NCBI RefSeq assembly: GCF_001194135.2 | Contig: NC_068988.1 | Location: 37,797,675 to 37,832,827 of the forward strand | Direction of reading: 5' to 3' | DNA length: 35,153 nucleotides | From: Octopus bimaculoides | Taxonomy: Eukaryota | Part shown: piece by piece, positions 1-12,353 of the stretch | Position numbering within the stretch: position 1 is the first letter of the stretch | Layout: each line of letters begins with the position of its first letter | Notes under the pieces: generated by a model | Databases searched by the model: none | Told to the model about the DNA's origin: nothing | Seen by the model: the letters and a program-made list of their open reading frames with translations, nothing else | Translations under genes and position numbers: made by a program

Positions 1-1
1 A

Positions 2-232
2 GGAGATATTGATAAATCGGGTATAGCTGATCATGTATGGAAAAATGGAAACCACCTCCCCCTGTGGGATGAAGTTAAAATAATAGACAGGGAACAACAC
101 TGGAAAATACGAAAACTAAAAGAAGCAGCACATATGCTAGGACACAACAACCTCCTAAGCAGACCGAGCGCAGATATGAATAGCATATGGGAACCGGTAT
201 TGAGGAAGGATAGAAAAATAATAGATTTATAA
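2..232 (+). mobile_element. Penelope-like retroelement, C-terminus of GIY-YIG endonuclease (continues off the left edge)
   Basis: Stop-free frame from base 2: GDIDKSGIADHVWKNGNHLPLWDEVKIIDREQHWKIRKLKEAAHMLGHNNLLSR...WEPVL...DL*. Has the S-x-IA-x-H, WD-x-V-x-II-x-x-E and R-x-x-x-EA pattern of PLE endonucleases. Not in the ORF track. Confidence 0.8.
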
Positions 233-262
233 GCCTTAAAATTCACCCCATAATTGCCCATG

Positions 263-336
263 GGCATATGGCATAGTGGTTAAGAGCGCGAGCTACTAAC
301 CCCAAGGTTCCGAGTTCAATTCACGGCAGCGACCTG
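263..336 (+). repeat. tRNA-derived segment (Pol III A/B-box-like), not a functional tRNA
   Basis: TGGCATAGTGGTTAAG (A box) and GAGTTCAATTC (B box); acceptor and anticodon stems do not pair; followed by (TAA)n. Confidence 0.6.
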
Positions 337-365
337 ATTAATAATAATAATAATAGTAACATCGT

Positions 366-557
366 TAGGAATGAGAACCCAGGTTCGAAATTTCCCCAAG
401 ACACCTGACGAAGGCTNNNNNNNNNNTAGGAATGAGAACCCAGGTTCGAAATTTCCCCAAGACACCTGACGAAGGCTGGAGGGTATATCAGGGTTAACAA
501 CAAACAAGATGAGGACAAATATCTGACAAATGTAAATAATGTAAATAATGTTAACAT
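366..557 (+). mobile_element. Penelope-like 3' terminal (pLTR) segment with decayed hammerhead-like core; contains a 10-N gap (417-426)
   Basis: Downstream of the GIY-YIG ORF; CTGACGA at 466-472 followed by aGGCTG...CAG; ends in (TGTAAATAA) repeats. Confidence 0.55.
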
Positions 558-589
558 TGCTGATGTTGTTGGTCTGTTGTATAGGTCTG

Positions 590-1005
590 TGCAGGCAATC
601 CTAATGTCTGCAAAGAATTGGATTCTTCATGACGACAATGCACCCTGTCACCAAGCTCTCCTCACTCATGAGTTTCTCACCAAGAAGAACATGGTATTGC
701 TTCCACACTGACCCTATTCACCAGATTTAGCATCTGCAGACTTCTGTCTCTTCCCAAAATGAAAATGCAGCTCAACGGTTGCTGTTTTAGTAATGTTGTC
801 AAGATCAAGAGCGAATCACAGAAGGTGCTTGACTTGCTTACAGAAAACAAGTTCTTGGCCAGATTCTAAAAGTGGTAGGAACACTGGCACTGGTGTATTG
901 CTGCACAAGGGGACTATTTTGAAAGAGATGATATTAAAACTTTAGTAAATGAGTTACGTTTCATTAAACATGACTAGTCTGGGAACTTCTTGATACCACC
1001 TTGTA
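590..1005 (+). mobile_element. mariner transposase 3' fragment (decayed) with 3' TIR and TA
   Basis: Translates to WILHDDNAPCH...PH*PYSPDLASADFCLFP...CIAAQGDYFE; ends ctgggaacttcttgataccaccttg-TA. Confidence 0.85.
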
Positions 1006-1174
1006 TATATAAGGGTTTCAAGCTGAGCTTAAACTTGTGATTTTGTTATTTTCATCATCGTCATTTAATGTCCACCTCAAACGATGCTGATTACGATGAT
1101 GAAAATAACAAAATCACAAGTTTAAGCTCAAAACCATGGGATTCAAAATCTCAAGAATCATTCTTTTATTTTTT

Positions 1175-1396
1175 TTACTTGTTTCAGTCATTCGACTGTG
1201 GCCATGCTGGGGCACCATCTTGTAGGGTTCAGTCAAAAAAAATTGATTCCAGTACTTTTTTTTTCTAAGCTTGTTATTTATTTTATTGGTCTCTTTTGCT
1301 GGGCTGCTAAGTTACAAAGACATAAACAAATCAACACCAGTTGTCAGACAGTGGTGGGGGAACAAGCACAACACAAAGGCATACACACACACACAT

Positions 1397-1427
<31 letters not shown>

Positions 1428-1582
1428 ACAAAGCTTACTTCAGTTTCTATCTACTAAATCTACTCACATGTCTTTGGTTGACCCATGGCTATAGTAGAAG
1501 ACACTTACCCAAGATTCCACATAGAGGGACTGAGGACAGAACCATGTGGTTGGGGAGCAAACTTCTTACCACACAGCCATGA
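1175..1582 (-). mobile_element. tRNA-derived SINE family A with internal (CA)n/(CATA)n
   Basis: Reverse head (tggctgtgtggtaagaagtttgc) and core (cttgggtaagtgtcttctactatagc) shared with copies at 3615, 6700, 10005 and 16915. Confidence 0.8.
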
Positions 1583-1806
1583 GTGTGCCCATTAACAATA
1601 GGTATTGTAAAGTTGCTTCAGTATGTAAAAGAAAGGAAGAAATGTAAAACAAAAAAAAAGCTTACTGGAAATCTGTATAGATGGAAAGCGCTCACTCTTT
1701 GTATCAGGCTTCAGTGGAGTACTTGTGCTTATTGATCGGGTCTGTGCAAGATACAAAAAGACAAGAGTACATTATAAAGATGTTTGTGTGTCAGACACTT
1801 ATTAAA

Positions 1807-2056
1807 TATAGTGATACTTCGGAGTATGAGTTTAATTTGTTCCATGACCGAGCTCGGTTTACGATTTACTCATTTTACAAATCAATTTTCCCCATTGAAA
1901 CTAACTAAATAATAATTAATCCGTTCCAGCCCCCCAAACCCACCCCAAAATAACTTTTTAGGAGTTTTAAAACAGAAAAGGTGTAGTTACAAGTAAAATG
2001 ACAATAAAAAGAGAATGCAAAAGAAATATGTAAACGGTTTTATTAACTGAATTACC
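1807..2056 (+). mobile_element. pogo/Tigger-like DNA transposon end
   Basis: TA then (c/t)agtgatac..cgg, and internal aatcaattttccccattgaaa...ttaatccgttccagccc, resembling Tigger-type termini; no second TIR found. Confidence 0.45.
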
Positions 2057-2507
2057 TTAAAAATGGAACAATTTGTGCACGAGAAAGACAATAGAAAGGG
2101 GTGGAAGAGGATTACTGTTTAGAAGGAGAACCTCCTTCCATTAAGACTTCATGAAGAACAATTTCTGGCATTTTCTCTCTCACTTTGCTTAATTTAGGCT
2201 TTTTGGACACAACACACTTTCTTCACTTTTTACACTTGCAGATCATTTCATTAGTGACATATCAAGAGATGTTTGCCTTTTCCTGCCTTTCAAAATGTTA
2301 CAAAAATGCACCAGAGTAGTGTCATTAAATAAAGCAGCTGCACGAACAATACCTATTTTTTCAGGATGATATTTTTCTACAAATTCAGAAGCATACTGCC
2401 TGATCAGCTCCTGTCAAACCTTCCCTCCCATGCCAGCATAAACGATGATGATGATGAATGAAATGATGTAAAACCAGGGTAAGAAAAACAAAAGTTAATA
2501 CTTGTAC

Positions 2508-2638
2508 CTGTCCAATTAGGCTGCTCTCATCATCAGCAATTAACGTACTTGGCTTCAAACCAAAACCCTGCTTTTGTCCATTGACCACTGCAGAAGCTGG
2601 CTTGGACGCTGACTGAGTCGGAAGAGTGATACTAGTAT
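2508..2638 (-). CDS. NUP214: NUP214 window exon 17 (TSITLPTQSASKP...QGFGLKP...IGQ)
   Basis: Long pyrimidine tract plus cttcag acceptor, CAG|gtacaa donor, 131 nt, phase 1 to 0, open frame. Low-complexity, so homology support is weak. Confidence 0.82.
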
Positions 2639-5600
2639 CTGAAGTAAAAACATAAAAAAAAACATTAAAAAAAGGAAGAAAAAAAAGAGACTAGCAGAAA
2701 TAAAATATTTTGTTTCAAAAATCCAAAGACAAAGAAAAGGGTAAATTTCATTAAGCACTTTAGCATTTACATTGACTATATCAGACCCAAATATTATACC
2801 CTTGTTTCATGTTCCAACTCGCCAGATTCAGCCTTTCACACCTACCCTACAAAGTTGTTCTGAAAATAAACAATCACATCTTTGAAATTTCAAAGCTACA
2901 ATTTGAATATATAAGCATTACATTTGACAGTAATCTGAATGCTATAGGGTTAACATATCATCTCATACACTGACATGATAAACTGTGAAGTGTAGATTAG
3001 AATTGATTCCATCCTAATAAATCACTGGTACTGATTTTATCAGTCCCAGAGGGAGAAAAGGCAAAATTTAAATTAAATAAAATGAAGTACTGAGTTAGAA
3101 ATTTGACTTAGTGGTTCAAAAATTCATGTGCTACATTGAAAAAGGTTTAAAATAAAAATTAAAAAAAGGCAACAGATGGGTGATGAATATCCTGTGTGCA
3201 GAGAAATTCTTTTGCAAATTATAGTGCGACTTACAATGCGTTCCTTACCCATGATTTTTAACTGAACTGAATTAAGTTTTGCAAGTGTTTGACTAAACTT
3301 GACTATGGGGAAATTTGTGAGTTTGATTTTTCAAAAATCTTTTTTTCTAAGTATCACCATTATAGGTATAATGGATAAATTAAGAAATCAACTCGACATT
3401 TGAAGATAATCAAATCAAACTTTCATCACTTTAAGCCATTCACCCAATGAATATTTCAGCAAAATTTGGTGAAAATCTGTTCAGCTGTTTTCCAGTAATT
3501 TTGCAAGCACACAGACAAGGACAAATGAATACTATACCCTGCTTTCGCTTACGTGCACAGGGTAACAAAAAAAATATCTGAGAACATGTTCTAAAAAGTA
3601 TACAAATAAGCATTGGTGTGGCAGTGTGGTTAAGAAGTTGGTTTGCCAATGATATAATTTCAGGTTCAATCCCACTACATGACACCTTGGGCAAGTGTTT
3701 CCTATCATAGCTCCAAGCCAATCAAAGCCTTGTAAGTGGATTTGGTGGATGGAAATTGAAAAAGCCCATCATATGTATATAGATGTGTGTGTGTGTACAT
3801 GGGTGTGCATGCATGTGCACACATCTCTGTCTTGACAGTTGTAAACATATCATCATCATAAAAGCAGTGCCCATTTCAAATCTTACATGGAAACATGTCT
3901 GGCCATGGGAGAAGGAAAAAAAAAACCCACTTGGAAAACAGGTAAAAGTTAGCAACAAAAAGAGCATTCATCCAGCCTTAGAAAATCTGCCTCACTGAAC
4001 TCCCTTTGACCCATGCAAACATGGAAAAATGAACATTAACCATTTAGCTTTCAGATCACTCAGTTAAATATGTGTTTTTACTCAAATTGTTTTGAATTAA
4101 TCATGCATTATCTTATAGGTTTATGATTTTGATGACATGATTGTTTATTTTTAGAATGACATTGTGGGATAGGTGTAAAGGCTAGATTTGGCCAATATGA
4201 ATGTAAAACATGTAGAATATTTGGACCAGATGTGGCTGGTTCACATGCTAAAGCGTTAAAAGAGTGGTGATGATCCATGAAGTAAAAGGTGTGTATAAGA
4301 AGCTCTGAATTTTTTTTAAATGTCATGTGAATTAATGTATTGAAATTCATTGATTGCATAAAAAAACAAATGGTATGAAACATTGAGTGTAGGTTTGTTT
4401 GTTCAGTGCTGATCAAGGGAACAACACTGATGGCTGTGTCCACTTCACCTGGCTGTTACAGTGATCACGTCAGACAGCAAACTCAAAATAACATGATCTG
4501 ACATACATACATTGCACCTCACACAACCAGATACTGCACTTACAATATAGATCTTGGTAAAAATCACATGATACTGCTTATGGTAACTTACCTGGGGAGA
4601 CTGATTTAACAAGGGGTACCACTCTCTTGGATAAGTGCTCTCGTAGTTGAGACTGCTTTAAAGGAGAAATGACTGTCACTTGTGGAGTCTCTGCTTCTGG
4701 CTGTGCCTTGTTTTCAAGGAGAGTATCAGCCAAACTGGATAGCTTGTTTTCACTGGTTATAAATAGAAACAAGATGAAAATATACATACAAATACCCATG
4801 CGAAAAAAAAAGTGCCTACCTCTAACTGTGGAGGGAACCTGTGGAAGAGGTAGGACACAGGAAGACATGGGATGAGGTGGTGAAACATGATCTTTGAACG
4901 TTGGATGTTATGGAGGCAATGACAAGTAACCAAGACCTTTGGTGATATGCCATGCTGGTATCACATAACAAGCACCTGTACCGGTGACATGTAAAAAGCA
5001 CCCATTACACTCTTGGAGTGGTTGGCATTAGGGAGGGTGTCCAGCTGTAGAAACCATGCCAAATCAGATTGAAACCTGGTGCAGCTCTCCGGCTTACCAG
5101 TTTCAATCAAACCGTCTAACCCATGCCAGTATGGAAAACAGACACTAAATAATAATGGTTTTAAATTTTGCCACAAGGGCAGCAAGTTTGGGGGAGTGGG
5201 TAAATCAATTACATCAATGACAGTGTACGACTGGTACTTATTTTATTAACCTCAAAAGGATGAAAGGCAAAGTTGACCTCAGCAGAATTTGAACTCAGAA
5301 CATCTTTGCCCAGCGTGATAACGATTCTGCTAGCTCATCACCATGACACTAAATAATAATAATGATGATGACTGCATCAAATGAAACTGTGACTCATTAC
5401 AGAAAGCTATATGTTTCAGTCTATATAAACTTTTCAAATGAATGAGGTACCAGTTGAATTGATAGAATTTATAGTAAACAATGGAATAGGATGTCTGAGC
5501 ATACAAGATCTCTAAATATACAAGATAAAGAAATTTAATTCATCATCAAACATCTCTTTTCCATGCTGACATAGGCTGGACAGGCTGACAGGATACAGTG

Positions 5601-8600
5601 AGTCACAAGGCTGTTCTAAGCGCAAGTGTCAGCTTTGGAATGGTCTTTATTGTTGGATGCCCTTCCTAACACCAACCACTTTACAGAGTGTGCTGGGCAA
5701 TTTTTATTGTGCCACCAGCATAAGTGAGGTTGCCATGTAACCTGCATGACAGAGAAGTCCCAAGGTGCCATGCAGTTGGACTTAACCCAAAAGGGTGAAG
5801 ACTCTCTTTGGTCATGAATGATCATGGGATGCATCTAGAAAGTTTCCCTCCAAGGAACAAGTCCCGGCAAGGTTGTTTATGGAAGACCAGCAGTCAACCA
5901 TGCATACCAGCCTCCCCTCTCAACACCACCGATGTTATTCAAGGGAAAAGCAAAAGCCGATACAACTTGACACCAGTGACGTCAATGAGTGAACTGGAGT
6001 AACATGAAATAAAGTGTTTTGCTTGAGAACACAACACAGAGCCCGGTCCAAGAATTGAACTCACTACCTCATGACTGTGAGCCCCACGCTCTAGCCACTG
6101 AGTCATGTGCCTTCACTTGAACCCAAGAATTGCGTATATAATTGTGCATGCGTGCTTGAGTTTGCCTCCAGCACCAAAATATACTGTTGCCAAAACAGCT
6201 TGGATATCCAGTCAATGCCCAAATGGTCACACCCAACCATCTCAGCCAATGCTTACTACTACTACTGAGAACTGATGTCGTTTTCACTCCTACATCATCA
6301 ACATCATTTAATGTCTGCCTTCCATTCTCAATTGTTTTGCAAAACATTCAAACAGTAAAAGTCCGAAAAAAAACTAGAGGTCTGCATCAGTAAATAAAAG
6401 GTATAACATGCTTACATAACAATATATTATACTGATTTCAAATTTTGGCACAATTTCGTGTGAGTTGGGTAAGTCAGTCGATTACATTTACCCAAGTGTT
6501 AGACTGGTACTTATTTTTATCAACCCTGAAAGGTTGAAAGGTAAGGTCGACCTCCATGGAATTTGAACTCAGAACATGAAGACGGGTGAATTGCTACTAA
6601 GCATTTTGCCCAGCGTGTTAACAATTCTGCTAGCTGCAGACATTAGTGGGATATATCACACTATTATGAGAAATAATAGAGAGTCTGTTTCGGGTAGGTT
6701 TGCTTATCTTTTACTTGTTCAGTCAATGGACTATGGCCATGCTCCAACACTGCTTTGAGTGGTTTAGTTAAACAAATCAAATTCAGCACTTATGTTTAAG
6801 CCTGGTGCTTATTCTATTTGGTTTCTTTTTATTAAACTGCTAAGTTGCAGGGATGAAAACAAACAAACAATGGTTGTCAGATGGAGGTGGGGGACAAACA
6901 CAAAGACACACACACAACAGGCTTCTTAAAGTTTCTATCTACCAAATCCACTCACAAGGCCTTGATCAGCCCAGGGCTATAGTAGAAGACACTTGTCCAA
7001 AGTACCACACTGTGGAATTGAACCTGGAACCATGTGGTTGGGAAGCAAACTTTTGACTACACTGCTACAAGCAAAAAAAAAAAAAAGAAAAAAAAGTGAA
7101 ATAACTTACCCAAGTTTGTAAGGAGAAAGGTTCTTGTAGCTCCAAGCATCTTTCTGATCGTATAAATGTAGGTCTTTCAAATTGTTCTGTACATTTTCAA
7201 TAACTTTCTTCTGTTCATTGATAATATTGTGGTTTTTGCGGATAACTTGGTAAATGGTATTGCTGCCAGAAGGGCTAAATTTACTGGCAGTGTTGATTTC
7301 TTGAAGGGGCATATTACCACTCAGAGATGGTTTTCTACAAACAGAGAAAAGTGTATCAACATGAAGGCAAATACACACATACAAATATATAAATGATGAT
7401 GATGAGATATATTTATACGGAAACTGCAGCTGGGTCTGTTGATGGGGATATCGAAATAACTGCTGATGGGTCAAAAGATCTGCATCACGAGCTCATTTAC
7501 CTACAGCTGACTGAGTAGGTAGCTTCCCATCCCAAAGTGCACACAGCTCACTTCTACAATCAGCAAGGGTAGTGTGTATCCAAGAAATATTTTGTTAACT
7601 TGCCAAAACAGACTAAGGAATCTGGTGTGACCACTGACCTTGCCAGTTCCTTTCAAGTCATCCATCCTATGCCAGCATAGAAATCGGATGTATGATGATG
7701 ATGATGACGATGACAATAGTGCTAAGTTAAGTCTTTCTATGAACATGAAAGTAAATAACAGGATAACTGTTCTGCAATATACTTTTCCAAAGGATCCCGA
7801 AATCAACAAGATCAAGAGGATTTCAACCCATTATAGCTAAACCAAGTGGTCAGAGGAAAAGACAAAGTGAGAGGCCAATTATTTCTGGTGAGAAATCACA
7901 TACCAATTATCATAAAAGAAAAGATCTCATTAGTCAAAGTACTTGTCTCTGATATAAAAAAAAAAGGCTTTGATTATAGGTCTGTTCAATTATGGGTTAA
8001 ACAACAATATTAAAAAAAAAAAAAACTACAAATAATTCTTTCTAATTTTAACACAAGGCCAGCAATTCTGAAAAGAGAGAAACTATAAGATTAACCCCAG
8101 TACTTGACAGTTACTTTATTTTAGTGACCCCCACCGAAAGTTGACATATGTGGCTTTTGAACTCGGAATGTAAAGAGTTGGGAGATATGCCACTAAGCTA
8201 ATGATTCTGCCAGCTTGCTGCCTTAGAACTACAAATAATAAAATATATATAAAGTTACTGATAATTAGCATCAATCACCTCGAGCAGCAGAATGACTATT
8301 TTCTAGGGAAGGCAGTGAATTACTAGTGGTCTATCTGCAGCTGTGTTATTGAATGTTCAATGGTGGTAATGAATGGTGCAAATTTGTCAAACCTTAGACA
8401 ATGAACGAGAAGACTCATTAATCTTCTAGCATTTAAACCAGTTGTATCCAGCCCAAATATTCTATTTTATCTTCAAACAAACCAAATTTATGCTCTCACA
8501 CCTAACCTATGAGGTAATTCTAAAATTTATTAATCATGTCATCAAAATCTTGAAGCTATGAGATAAAATAAAGAAACCCTTTGGTCATGAATGACCAAGG

Positions 8601-11600
8601 GATTCCACCTAGAAAGCTCCCTTTCAAGGCACAAGTTAGGCAAGGTTGTTTATGGAAGACCAACAATTACCCCATTCATACCAGCTCAAATTTCATTAAG
8701 GTCAACTTTGTTTCATTATTTTATTGTCATTGCAAAGATGAAAGGCAAAGTACTAGCCAGATACTGAATATAAGACAAGATAATTCCTTTACCAGCACCA
8801 AATGTAATAGGTTTCTACATTCTTAAGAGTCTCTAACGGTCGATGCATAACTCTAGCTTCAGGGTGTAAAATGGGCAAAAAACAATTCTCTCTTTTAAAA
8901 AAAAATGGTGTTCTATAGTTGAGACACAGGCATAGACATGAGATTTTAAACAAGGTCTCTGATCTAAGGGTAGCTTCTTACCCATCCACACTATTAGTTG
9001 TAGAGGCCCTGCAAAATATTGTGGGCATTGCTCTTCCTACTCCTGACTATGCTATAAAAAAAAATTAACGAAAGTACAAAAATAAACTTAGAGATATTTT
9101 ACTTGTTTTTTGTTGAGCGCTGTTTTTGGAAGAGTTCCCATTGTTCATCCAAGACAGTATTAATGTCAGTCAGTCGATTGGAGACAGCCATCAACTGTTG
9201 TCGTAGCATATTCATTTTGTCAACACTGGCAGGATCTAATGGCTGTAAACGCAGCATTTTGTGATAGTTGACGTCTCGATGGTACCGGTTCTTAACGCGA
9301 CATTCTTCCAGGATACCAAACATCTCAAACACAGATAATTTCTCTGCATCAATTTCTTTGTGCACAATCTTTAAAGAGAAAAAGCAGGTAGTAGATAAGA
9401 AACTAAAACCAAAGCAACAATTGGAAATATTGATTCACCACACACATTTTCAATTATAATACTGATTTTAAATTCTAGTACAAGGCCAGCAATTTCAAGG
9501 GGGGGAGGGGGGTAAGTCGATTACATGGACCCCAGCACTCAACTTGTACTTATTTTACCAACCTCAAAAGGATGAAAGGCAAAGTTGACCTTAGTGGAAT
9601 AACATGAAAAGGGACACAATGCCGCTAAGCATTTTGCCTAGTGTGCCAATAACTTGTCACATTCTTGACTTGATTGCTGCCTTATTTTCAGTTATAATAT
9701 TGATGTCATTGTCATCATTTAAGACTCACTTTTCGAAGTTTGCATGGCTTGGATGAAGCTTACTGAGGTGGATTTTGTATGGCTGGATATCCTTCCTGTT
9801 ACCACCCTCATCTGTTTCCAAGTGAGGTAATATTTTGTCCTGAGCAGATATATCCCAGGAGATTGGAAGCAAAGGGCACCACTTGCATGACAATGACGCT
9901 TGCAACTATTACATGATGTCAGGGCAAGAATACAGTAACACACACACACCATTATCATTCAAAGTCTGCTTTCCAAGCTGGAATGGGTTGGAATGGTTTG
10001 ACTGAGAACCAGCTGGATGCAGAGTTGTGTCAGGCCCACAAACAAAACACACACACACACACACACAAGAGGCTTCTTTCAGTTTTTGCCTACCAAAGCC
10101 ACTCACAGGGCTTTCATCAGCTTGCAGTTATAGTAGAAGACTCTTGCCCAAGTGCCTTGTAGTAGGACTGAACTTACAGTTATGTGGTTAGGAAGCGAAC
10201 TATTTAATGACACGGCCACACCCACATCTATTGCTGAAAATTGAATACTGTTCTGTAGTTTCTAAACAAACAAGAAGTCACTTCAGACCAAATTAAGAAC
10301 ATGACAAATTACTGGCCCATCACCAGCATTACATCTTGTCTTTTATGAAAAAGACATAACAATCCTGATCCAATCCATTTTCCAATAAATAGGTGCAATG
10401 GATAGGTACAATTTTCTGTCACAAGAAGTGGAAGGACAGTATAATTTACTAGTACGCTTTGTTTTCTCGTCAGGTTGTGGATGTGGGCCATAATACTGCA
10501 TGGTCAAGTTTTGGCAAAATCAATTACAACAACGTCAGAATAAATGTAAGTAATGAGGTAGTTTAACACCTCAGCTTCCCACTTTAGTTCCACATGGAAA
10601 ACCTAAATTTTGGCAAGATATTATGCAAAATATCAAGAGCTTCAGAGAGAGAAAAAAATGAATTCAATTTGATTGATCAACTGACCTGAGTAATGTTTTT
10701 GATCTCTTTACAGAATCCAGTCATCTGCTCAGTTTTGGCTTTCAGGAAGCGTTTCTCGTCTTCAGTTCCAACAGTTGAGAAGCAAGTCTTTGATCGAACT
10801 TTGAGTTCATTCATTTCTTGCTGGAAGTGGTTGATCTATAAATTGGCAAAATAATAAAAAAATAATTACAGGTTTTGTAGATTTTTATCTTACTTTTCTT
10901 TTGTATTTTTTTTACTAGTAAACTACTTTTGTCAATTCTGATGGCTATTTAACAGTGACCTCCCCATATTACATTTTACTGGGTTTTTTGAAAGAAAATT
11001 ACAACAGGTTGGACAGGTTTCAAACTTCTTTGATTATAGATCTACTTCATCAGGATTGAACTGGGGTGAAACAACAGGTTTTTAAACTGTGTTAGATAGA
11101 TTTTCCATTTATTTATAAGACTACATTTTCCTATATTTTCTGTGGATTTGAACTCTTATCTCAGCTAATTTTTTAAACTAAGGGGAAAAAAAGTAAGAAA
11201 CCTTGAATTTGTTGAAACATCAATTGGAGTCTGGTGCAGCTCCCCAACTTGCCAGCTCTGGTCAGATCATCCAACCCATGCCAGCAGGGACGATGGACAT
11301 TAAATGATAATAATGATGATCAACTAGGTCTAAATGATTATATTATAAATCCATCAGAGGAGGAACAGTATCAATGAATTTAGGTACCCTCTCAGATTGG
11401 TTGGATTGAATTCACTGATACATCTTTCCTAGCCTGCACATCTTCAAGGAAACAACAGACGTGGAGGAAACAGGTCTAGACCAAAAGCTTACAATAGAGT
11501 GAACCCAACAGGTACCTCAGAAGCTGGTGATGATGTTAAACCAGGTGGCATATCAGCCAATACTTGTGCAAAACCAATTAAATGTGTATATGCATGCATC

Positions 11601-12322
11601 TGTGTGAGTATGTCATTGTGTACGAACATGCATACTCCTCCTATCATCATAACTGTTGTAAGAGGAGCATGATAATTAGAAATCTCTGAGGTCAGAACAG
11701 TTCTTTATAATTGGAAAGGGATATAACGATAGCAAGCATAGGTACTACCAGATAAATGTGATGCTTAGGGTACCCTTAATATACAAAAAGATAAGACGAT
11801 CACAGGCCAGAATACCTTTATCATAGGTCTGTTCAGTCAATGCTACAATTGTCAATGAGAGTCTCTTCAGTGACTTGACTAACTAGATGTAGTAGCCAAG
11901 TCTTCCTTAATTCATACTTTGTCTTAAAAAAGAGAATCTCATATTGGATAAGGCTGTCCTATATATAGGGTAGATGGTAAAGACCCCCTTTGGTGAAGAA
12001 TAACCATGGAATTGCACCTAGAAAGTTCCCCTCTTGGGCACAAGTCTGGGCAAGGTTTTTCATGGAAGACTAGCAGTCAGCCATGCATACCAGCCTCCCC
12101 TCTCCACACCACCGATTTTATCCACAGGAAAGGAAAAGGCCAATACAGCTTGGCACCAGTGATGTTGCAACTCATTTCTACAGCTGAGTGAACTGAAGCA
12201 ATGTGAAATAAAAGTGTCTGGCTGAAGAACACAACACAGCCCGGTCTGGGAATCAAACTCACAACCTTATGACTGAGCCTGATGTTCAAACTTACTGAGC
12301 CATGTGCTTTCACTTCAGTCTC

Positions 12323-12353
<31 letters not shown>

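Noticed and set aside
263-336. tRNA gene (also SINE heads near 3615, 6100, 12300, 16915 and 25200)
   Set aside because: A/B boxes are present but the cloverleaf stems do not pair; these are tRNA-derived repeats.
366-477. Exact 51-bp tandem duplication (366-416 and 427-477)
   Set aside because: The two copies flank a 10-N gap; most likely an unmerged contig overlap, not a real repeat or CRISPR-like array.
2110-2215. Coding-looking minus-strand peptide VSKKPKLSKVREKMPEIVLHEVLMEGGSPSKQ*
   Set aside because: Bounded by stops, purine-rich upstream with no credible acceptor, and it would terminate NUP214 before its FG domain.
4108-4460. Extra NUP214 exon or ORF (MDTAISVVPL...)
   Set aside because: No donor site; the frame runs into a MITE; exons 16 and 17 already join in phase.
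7410-7510. Short CpG-containing + strand frame ETAAGSVDGDIEITADGSKDLHHELIYLQLTE*
   Set aside because: About 30 codons, no start or splice support, no recognisable homology.
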